64,000 bases of DNA, from assembly GCA_047519465.1 (NCBI GenBank), contig JAPVTA010000227.1:5687-69686 (forward strand), in the 5' to 3' direction. Positions within the stretch are counted from its first letter, which is position 1. Every line of letters starts with the position of its first letter. Positions 58,373 to 64,000 of this stretch are shown one piece after another. Under the pieces are notes generated by a model. It searched no databases, had not been told where the DNA came from, and was given only the letters and a program-made list of their open reading frames with translations. The stretch is from Thermodesulfobacteriota bacterium. Lineage in GTDB: Bacteria; Desulfobacterota; BSN033; UBA1163. A program made the translations under genes and the position numbers.

Positions 58373-59488
58373 ATGAAGCCGAACGTCAGGGTTGAAATTC
58401 TTCTGGTCCTTTTATCCATCTTTTGTTTCAATCTTTCCTATGGTGCAGAGGTTTACAAATTAGGCACGGTGGCCTGCCTCACCGGTGCCATTCCACAGCA
58501 CGGCGAATACACGCTCAGAGGGTTTGAATTAGCGTTGGAAGATATTGAAAAGAGCGGAATGATCAAAGACGGAAAGATCACGGTGGTTGCGGAGGATGGA
58601 CAAAATGTGCCAAGAGTAGCACTGGCGGCACTGACAAAATTGATCAATATCGACAAGGTTCAATATTTCGAGACGGTTGGATCGAGCGTGGTTCTTGCCC
58701 TTGCTCCGGTTGCCGCGGAGAACAAGGTCATTTTGATGAATACGGCTGCCACCCATCCCAAGATTAGAGAGGTCGGCAAACCCTACGTCTTCAGCCTCAT
58801 CCCGGGGACTGCTTCTGAAAGCAAAGCAGCGGCTCAGTTTGCTTATGCAGATCTCAAGACGAGGAATGCCTCTATTCTTTATGTGAACAACGAGTATGGA
58901 CATGGAGCAAGGGATATCTTCGAAGGGGTTTTTACCGACCTAGGCGGAAAGGTTGTGGGCAAGGAGATATACGATCTTGGGGCAACGGACTATCGAACGC
59001 AATTAACAAAGATTCGGGCACAGAATCCAGATATGATCTATTTCGGAGGCCATGCCAACGAGTGTGGCCGGGCCATCAAGCAGGGAAAGGAATTGGGTAT
59101 CAAAGCTTCATGGATCGGGACGGTGGCGACCAATGCACCGGAGACGGTAAAGATTGCAGGAGAAGCAGCAGAGGGCCTCTATGCCGTGGCCTTCCCCTAT
59201 GATCCCGTCGGCGGAACACCAAAAATGAAAGAGTTCGGGCAGCGATTTAAGACAAAGCATGGGGTAATCCCAACCATCTATTCTGCAAATTCGTATATCG
59301 CTGCGTTGCTCTTTGCTAGGGCGATTGAGAGGGGAGCGAAGACCGGACCGGAGATCTCCAAATTCCTGCTGACCATCAAGGATTGGGATACCATTATTGG
59401 GAGGATCAGCATCGATAAAGATGGCATGGTCGATCTGCCGTGCAGGTTCCTTGTCGTCAAAGGGGGTAATTTCATATCCCATAGATGA
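58373..59488 (+). CDS. ABC transporter substrate-binding protein (LivK/Peripla_BP_6 family)
   Basis: Signal peptide 'MKPNVRVEILLVLLSIFCFNLSYGA', 'YKLGTVACLTGAIPQHGE' and 'VQYFETVGSSV'. Confidence 0.75.
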   Translation: MKPNVRVEILLVLLSIFCFNLSYGAEVYKLGTVACLTGAIPQHGEYTLRGFELALEDIEKSGMIKDGKITVVAEDGQNVPRVALAALTKLINIDKVQYFETVGSSVVLALAPVAAENKVILMNTAATHPKIREVGKPYVFSLIPGTASESKAAAQFAYADLKTRNASILYVNNEYGHGARDIFEGVFTDLGGKVVGKEIYDLGATDYRTQLTKIRAQNPDMIYFGGHANECGRAIKQGKELGIKASWIGTVATNAPETVKIAGEAAEGLYAVAFPYDPVGGTPKMKEFGQRFKTKHGVIPTIYSANSYIAALLFARAIERGAKTGPEISKFLLTIKDWDTIIGRISIDKDGMVDLPCRFLVVKGGNFISHR

Positions 59489-59547
59489 AAGGCTGGTTTC
59501 GAGAGGTGGGATATCGGCGTAAAGGATAATTGGGAAGGAGCCCTCTC

Positions 59548-60417
59548 ATGCTATTCCTGCAATTGCTTTCAAATGGTATTATTGCAGGGAGTGTTTACGC
59601 CCTTCTCGGGTTGGGATTCGGGATTATTTATTCCACCACTCGAACCTTCCATTTTGCACACGGTGCGATTTACAGCATCGCCGGTTACCTCTCTTTCCAT
59701 TTCAATGTCCTCTGGCATCTCCCACTGAACCTGTCTGTCGGCCTTTCCATTCTTGCGGCTGTTATTTTGGGGATTGGGATTGAGGGGTTAGTCTACAGAC
59801 CCTTGCGGGGGGTGGGCGCCTCACCGATGGAGACTCTTTTGAGTTCTCTCGGTTTATTCATCCTGTTCCAAAACCTAATCATCATTCTGTGGCGAAGTGA
59901 TCCGAGAGTCTTGCCTATCAATGATGCAATCCGTAAGAGTGTTACCTTCGGGAACATCTGGATCACCTATCTGCAGTTGATCATTATTGGAACCAGCTTC
60001 CTTCTGTTGGGGCTCTTGCTGGCGTTCATCAAGAGGACGAAAGTCGGGAACGCCATCCGGGCACTCGAGAGTGACGCGGAGATGACGGAGATCGTTGGGA
60101 TCGACCCGGAGCGCATCCGTTTTTTGGCCTACGGCGTGGGATCCGGTCTTGCCGGCGTTTCTTCCATTTTAGCCACTGCAGATGTCGGGATTGATCCTAA
60201 TTCCGGCATCATGGCCCTGCTCATCGCGGTGATCGCGGTTATTGTCGGGGGGATTGGAAACTACTGGGGAACGGCTCTAGCCGGGATGCTTCTGGGTATT
60301 GCAGAAAACATAGGGATATGGAAGATCCCCTCGGAATGGAAATCTTCCATCGCATTTGCAATCTTGGTCATATTCATGCTGTTAAGGCCCACAGGCCTAT
60401 TCGCTAAAAAGACATAG
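59548..60417 (+). CDS. ABC transporter permease (LivH-like)
   Basis: Multi-TM protein with 'HFAHGAIYSIAGY'. Confidence 0.8.
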   Translation: MLFLQLLSNGIIAGSVYALLGLGFGIIYSTTRTFHFAHGAIYSIAGYLSFHFNVLWHLPLNLSVGLSILAAVILGIGIEGLVYRPLRGVGASPMETLLSSLGLFILFQNLIIILWRSDPRVLPINDAIRKSVTFGNIWITYLQLIIIGTSFLLLGLLLAFIKRTKVGNAIRALESDAEMTEIVGIDPERIRFLAYGVGSGLAGVSSILATADVGIDPNSGIMALLIAVIAVIVGGIGNYWGTALAGMLLGIAENIGIWKIPSEWKSSIAFAILVIFMLLRPTGLFAKKT

Positions 60418-60427
60418 GATCTCGTCA

Positions 60428-61300
60428 ATGGACTACATCTTCTACGTTCTCATCATGGTAGAGATTTATATCATTCTAGCGGTGTCATTGAATCTGCTTG
60501 TGGGCTATACGGGGCTTATCTCCATTGCCCATGCAGGGTTCATGGCCATCGGCGCTTATACGACAACGATCCTCCTTCTCCGATACGGTGTAAACTTTTT
60601 CATAACGATTCCTCTGGGGGTTGGCATTGCGGGGATAGTTAGTGGGCTTCTGGCCCTTCCTTCTCTGCGGGTGAAGGGAGAACATTATATCATTGCGTCT
60701 TTTGGACTTCAGATCATCCTTTATACGGTCCTTCTCAACTGGGTCTCGGTCACCAATGGCCCCTTTGGATTCTCAGGCATTCCGAAACCCAAACTCTTTG
60801 GTTATGTCTTTTTAAAATATGGCTCTTATCTAATTTTGACAGGCCTCGTTGCCCTCCTTTGCGTGTTTGTGGTTTGGCGAATCACCCGGTCTCGATTCGG
60901 TCTGATCCTCAAGTCGATCCGGGAGGATGAGATCGCGGCTTTGTCTTTGGGGAAGGATGTGAATCACTTTAAGGTCGTTGTCTTCACTGTGGGATCCTCC
61001 ATAGCAGCCGTTGCGGGAAGCCTTTACGCCTCGTTGATCAGCTTCATTGATCCATTCTGCTTTACCGTCCATGATTCCATCTTCATGCTCGCAGTGGTGA
61101 TCATCGGGGGAACGGGCAACATCTTTGGTTCGATGCTGGGGGCTTTCATCCTCATTAGTCTGCCGGAGTTCCTCAAGTTCTTGCAGGTATCGGAGGCGAT
61201 TGCAGCACCTTTGCGGCAGATGATCTACGGCGGTTTATTAGTCTTCTTCATGCGTTTCAGACCACAGGGGATCCTGCCCGAATACAGAAAAGGACCGTAG
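60428..61300 (+). CDS. ABC transporter permease (LivM-like)
   Basis: Multi-TM protein with 'GLISIAHAGFMAIGAYTTTIL'. Confidence 0.8.
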   Translation: MDYIFYVLIMVEIYIILAVSLNLLVGYTGLISIAHAGFMAIGAYTTTILLLRYGVNFFITIPLGVGIAGIVSGLLALPSLRVKGEHYIIASFGLQIILYTVLLNWVSVTNGPFGFSGIPKPKLFGYVFLKYGSYLILTGLVALLCVFVVWRITRSRFGLILKSIREDEIAALSLGKDVNHFKVVVFTVGSSIAAVAGSLYASLISFIDPFCFTVHDSIFMLAVVIIGGTGNIFGSMLGAFILISLPEFLKFLQVSEAIAAPLRQMIYGGLLVFFMRFRPQGILPEYRKGP

Positions 61301-61303
61301 GGA

Positions 61304-62068
61304 ATGGATAAAACTCGCTACTTTCAAGTTGCGGAGTTGAATAAGAGTTTCGGGGGGCTGACTGCCGTAAGAAATCTTTCTTTCGAAATCGAGAGCGGGA
61401 AGATTACCAGCCTGATCGGACCCAATGGTGCCGGGAAAACGACCACATTTAATCTGATATCGGGTTTCTTACAGCCAGATGGAGGGCGAATCTTCTTTAA
61501 GGATCGCGAGATCACAGGATTATCTCCCAATCAGGTTATCAAATTGGGGATTGCAAGGACCTTCCAGGATCTGAGGCTTTTCAACAAATTGTCCGTTTTC
61601 GAAAACGTGCTGTTAGGGTTCCAGGACCGTAAAGGTGAGAAACTTATCCATGCCATCTTTGGTGGAAGTGGATCAGGGGAGGAAGACAAGAAAGACAGAG
61701 AGAGCACTTTTCGCCTCCTCCGGTTAGTGGGAATCGATTCGAAGGCCAAAGAGCAAGCGGAGAATCTCTCCTATGGAGAGCAGAAGCTATTGACCATCGC
61801 GAGACTGCTGGCAACCGATGCGGAGCTCCTCATGCTCGATGAACCCTTTTCCGGAATTCCATTGGGAACGGCCGATAGGGTAATGATTTTTATTAGGGAC
61901 CTGGTAAGGCAGGGGAAGACCATCTTCATCATTGAACATAATATGGAAGCGGTCATGGGGATATCGGACCGCGTCATCGTCTTGAACTTCGGGGAGCTAA
62001 TCGCTTCAGGAACCCCTGAGCAGATCCAAGAGAACCAGGAGGTGATCAGGGTTTATTTGGGGATATAG
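61304..62068 (+). CDS. ABC transporter ATP-binding protein (LivG-like)
   Basis: 'GPNGAGKTTT', 'LSYGEQKLLTIARLL' and 'LLMLDEPFSG'. Confidence 0.8.
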   Translation: MDKTRYFQVAELNKSFGGLTAVRNLSFEIESGKITSLIGPNGAGKTTTFNLISGFLQPDGGRIFFKDREITGLSPNQVIKLGIARTFQDLRLFNKLSVFENVLLGFQDRKGEKLIHAIFGGSGSGEEDKKDRESTFRLLRLVGIDSKAKEQAENLSYGEQKLLTIARLLATDAELLMLDEPFSGIPLGTADRVMIFIRDLVRQGKTIFIIEHNMEAVMGISDRVIVLNFGELIASGTPEQIQENQEVIRVYLGI

Positions 62069-62230
62069 GAGAAGAAGGGGCCAAAGTTGCTCTTCGACTA
62101 TAAAAATGGTATGTTTCAAAAAAGCGATTTGTGCTAAGGGGCAGCGCAAGAGTCTCTACATTACAAAAGGTTCATGACATCTGTTTCGGAATTTTCATTC
62201 TGGTCCTGCGAAAGAGAAAAGGAGAAAGCC

Positions 62231-62603
62231 GTGCTTTCCCAAATCAAAAAAATCCTTGATGCGACAGATCTGAGTGAAAACTCGTCTTATGCCTTCTCAT
62301 ACGCTATTGATTTGGCGCAAAGTCCCGAGATGCGAAGATTGTGATCCTCCCCATGTCATCGAGCCGTTCCTGGTTTTGTGGAACATCGTTCTCGTCCCAA
62401 CAGGGCATGCTGTCGAGGAGATCTTGAATACAGCAGATAGGGAAAAGTGCGATATTATTGTCCTCGGAACTTACAGAAAAGGATTTTTGGCCCACACCTT
62501 TCTAGGGAGTATTGCGAGTTTGGTACTCTACCGGACCCGAAAACCGGTTCTTATCATACCCTTGCCATCCAAAAGAACTTCCGTTGAACCGGATGGAATT
62601 TGA
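62231..62603 (+). pseudogene. Universal stress protein (UspA family) disrupted by two closely spaced frameshifts
   Basis: GTG start with RBS AAAGGAGAAAG. Frame A gives 'VLSQIKKILDATDLSENSSYAFSYAIDLAQ' then a stop. A second frame gives 'SRDAKIVIL'. A third frame continues 'HVIEPF...TGHAVEEILNTADREKCDIIVLGTYRKGFLAHTFLGSIASLVL'. An extra 'CC' in 'CTCCCCATG' is one shift point. Confidence 0.5.
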
Positions 62604-62742
62604 AAGATCTATTTCGCTTTTTCAGGAGGCAAGGAAATTTTTTATTTGAGTTTTGATATATTTGATATTTTATATTATATAATATCATACTTGAGGTTCA
62701 ATTTCTTGATGGACGCCCTGGGTCAGCCTCAGGCTGAAGATT

Positions 62743-63399
62743 ATGGTGATATTAGGAACCCCCCTGGAAAAACAGTCCTTGCAAAAAATGGTTCGTGACC
62801 TCCTCCGCCAGGCATTATTGGAAGGGGAGATCAAACCTGGGGAAAAGATAAACATCCGTAAGCTGGCCGAAAAGCTCATGGTCAGCGCGATGCCTATACG
62901 AGAGGCACTCCGGGAACTCGAGGCAGAGGGTTTGATTTCTTTCCATTCCAATAAGCGTATCACAGCCAATCGGCTTTCCACGGGAGAACTTAACGATATT
63001 TATTCAATCCGAATTCCGTTGGAAAAGATTGCTTTGATGAGATGTTTTGACTTAGCGGATAAAGAGAGCTTAAAACACTTGGAAAAATTACACCAAGAAA
63101 TGACAAGACCTCATCTTATTGGAAAGGAATGGTTTAATCTTAACCGGGCATTTCATATGAAACTTCATGAGATGTCGGGGTCTCCACGTCTTTTTCAAAT
63201 CCTTCAAGCCCTATGGAACAGCACAGGGCCATACCTGAGAATCTTTTCTGACAATAAGAAAGCGGTAGCCCGTGCCAACCGAGAGCATGCATTAATACTC
63301 CAGACCCTGAGAAGAGGTGATCGGAACCGGGCAAAAGAAATCTTGGAAAAACATTTGCGGAATGGATTGAAGATAATGGAGGCAAGCCTGGAGGATTAG
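62743..63399 (+). CDS. GntR-family transcriptional regulator (FadR/FCD C-terminal domain)
   Basis: HTH 'INIRKLAEKLMVSAMPIREALRELEAEGLI' followed by an all-helical FCD-like domain. Confidence 0.8.
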   Translation: MVILGTPLEKQSLQKMVRDLLRQALLEGEIKPGEKINIRKLAEKLMVSAMPIREALRELEAEGLISFHSNKRITANRLSTGELNDIYSIRIPLEKIALMRCFDLADKESLKHLEKLHQEMTRPHLIGKEWFNLNRAFHMKLHEMSGSPRLFQILQALWNSTGPYLRIFSDNKKAVARANREHALILQTLRRGDRNRAKEILEKHLRNGLKIMEASLED

Positions 63400-63561
63400 G
63401 CCATATTTATGAGAGAAGAGGGGAGGTGAGGAACACGATTTAACTTTAGGAGGTTGGACAGGAGCTTTGCCGAGCAAGGGTTACCTTATCCCATTGGCGA
63501 TTGTCTCGAAAGTTGGTCACAAATGAAGCAATTTAAGTTGGTTGAAGGGAGGTAATTTACC

Positions 63562-64000
63562 ATGAAAGCAGAAGAATATGAAAGAACGGCAAAGGGAGCT
63601 TACGAAAAATACATTAATAAGAAGGTCCCCCCAAAGGATCGGCCGATCTATGAAGGTCCGCTGGGCGACACACCCATGGCCTTTGAGTATCCAGTCCTCG
63701 ATTGGGATAAGTATGCTTATCACAAGGGGTGTCAAACTCAGGCCGTTGATTGGGACGAGAACGTGAACTACGAGAGGATGAGAAATTACCGCCTTGGCCG
63801 TACCCGAGACCAATTAAAAGCATACGGAGTAGGGGCTATCCTCTCGCTGAATGAGTGGAATACACGTTATATCAGTGGAACATGGACCCCTCACTGGACG
63901 ACTCCTTCGTCCGGTTTGAGGTATTGCCTATTCGCAGGAAATGCCAAGGGTCCGATTATTTACGAAAATGCTGAGATTGGCTATCACACTCGACAGATGT
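63562..64000 (+). CDS. 5' part of an M24-family metallopeptidase / creatinase-N-domain protein (ectoine-hydrolase or Xaa-Pro-peptidase-like); truncated by the window end
   Basis: RBS GGGAGG precedes ATG at 63562. 'ERMRNYRLGRTRDQLKAYGVGAILSLNEWNTRYISG' resembles the creatinase-N region of M24 enzymes. Not in the ORF track because no stop codon falls inside the window. Confidence 0.4.
   Translation, partial: MKAEEYERTAKGAYEKYINKKVPPKDRPIYEGPLGDTPMAFEYPVLDWDKYAYHKGCQTQAVDWDENVNYERMRNYRLGRTRDQLKAYGVGAILSLNEWNTRYISGTWTPHWTTPSSGLRYCLFAGNAKGPIIYENAEIGYHTRQM

Overview
This window looks like 64 kb of a bacterial chromosome, probably from an anaerobe; the organism cannot be identified from sequence alone. 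Bases 1-10.9 kb carry housekeeping genes: a SAM hydroxide adenosyltransferase (DUF62), an aminotransferase, endonuclease V, a TPR/LpoA-like periplasmic binding protein, hpt, an MBL hydrolase, a YkoF-like protein, CcdA and LptF/LptG. A complete initiator tRNA-fMet ends at 10962. A tyrosine integrase (10947-12071, minus strand) abuts it. A 45-bp direct repeat of the tRNA 3' half at 33708-33752 closes a ~22.8-kb tRNA-targeted genomic island. The island cargo has two modules. The first (12.2-20.4 kb) is an AlpA-like excisionase, a 289-aa unknown with a C-terminal HTH, an ~900-bp AT-rich region with 11-12-bp tandem repeats and a perfect palindrome, a RecD2-like SF1 helicase translationally coupled (ATGA overlap) to a Cas4/RecB-like PD-(D/E)XK nuclease, and a convergent pair of unknown proteins, one with an HExxH motif. 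The second (20.4-33 kb) is a lipoprotein behind two tandem consensus sigma70 promoters, a DJ-1/PfpI-like protein, a class III adenylate cyclase-TPR protein, an XRE-cupin regulator, a Liv-type ABC transporter, and HMG-CoA reductase plus HMG-CoA lyase. That last pair is mevalonate-catabolism-like, resembling mvaAB. Directly after attR lies an internally deleted second integrase remnant, which suggests a tandem island array. It is followed by a TetR gene and a large catabolic cluster (34.5-62 kb): E1-alpha/E1-beta/E2/E3 2-oxoacid (acetoin-type) dehydrogenase, Zn-ADH, SDR, crotonase, two acyl-CoA dehydrogenases, MmgE/PrpD, a C_GCAxxG_C_C protein, two CoA ligases, an OYE-type dienoyl-CoA reductase and two further Liv-type ABC transporter sets. 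A frameshifted Usp pseudogene, a GntR regulator and the 5' end of an M24-peptidase-like gene close the window. Several intergenic palindromic repeat families are present. No rRNA or CRISPR array was seen. All calls rest on motif-level reading of the supplied translations; no database search was possible.
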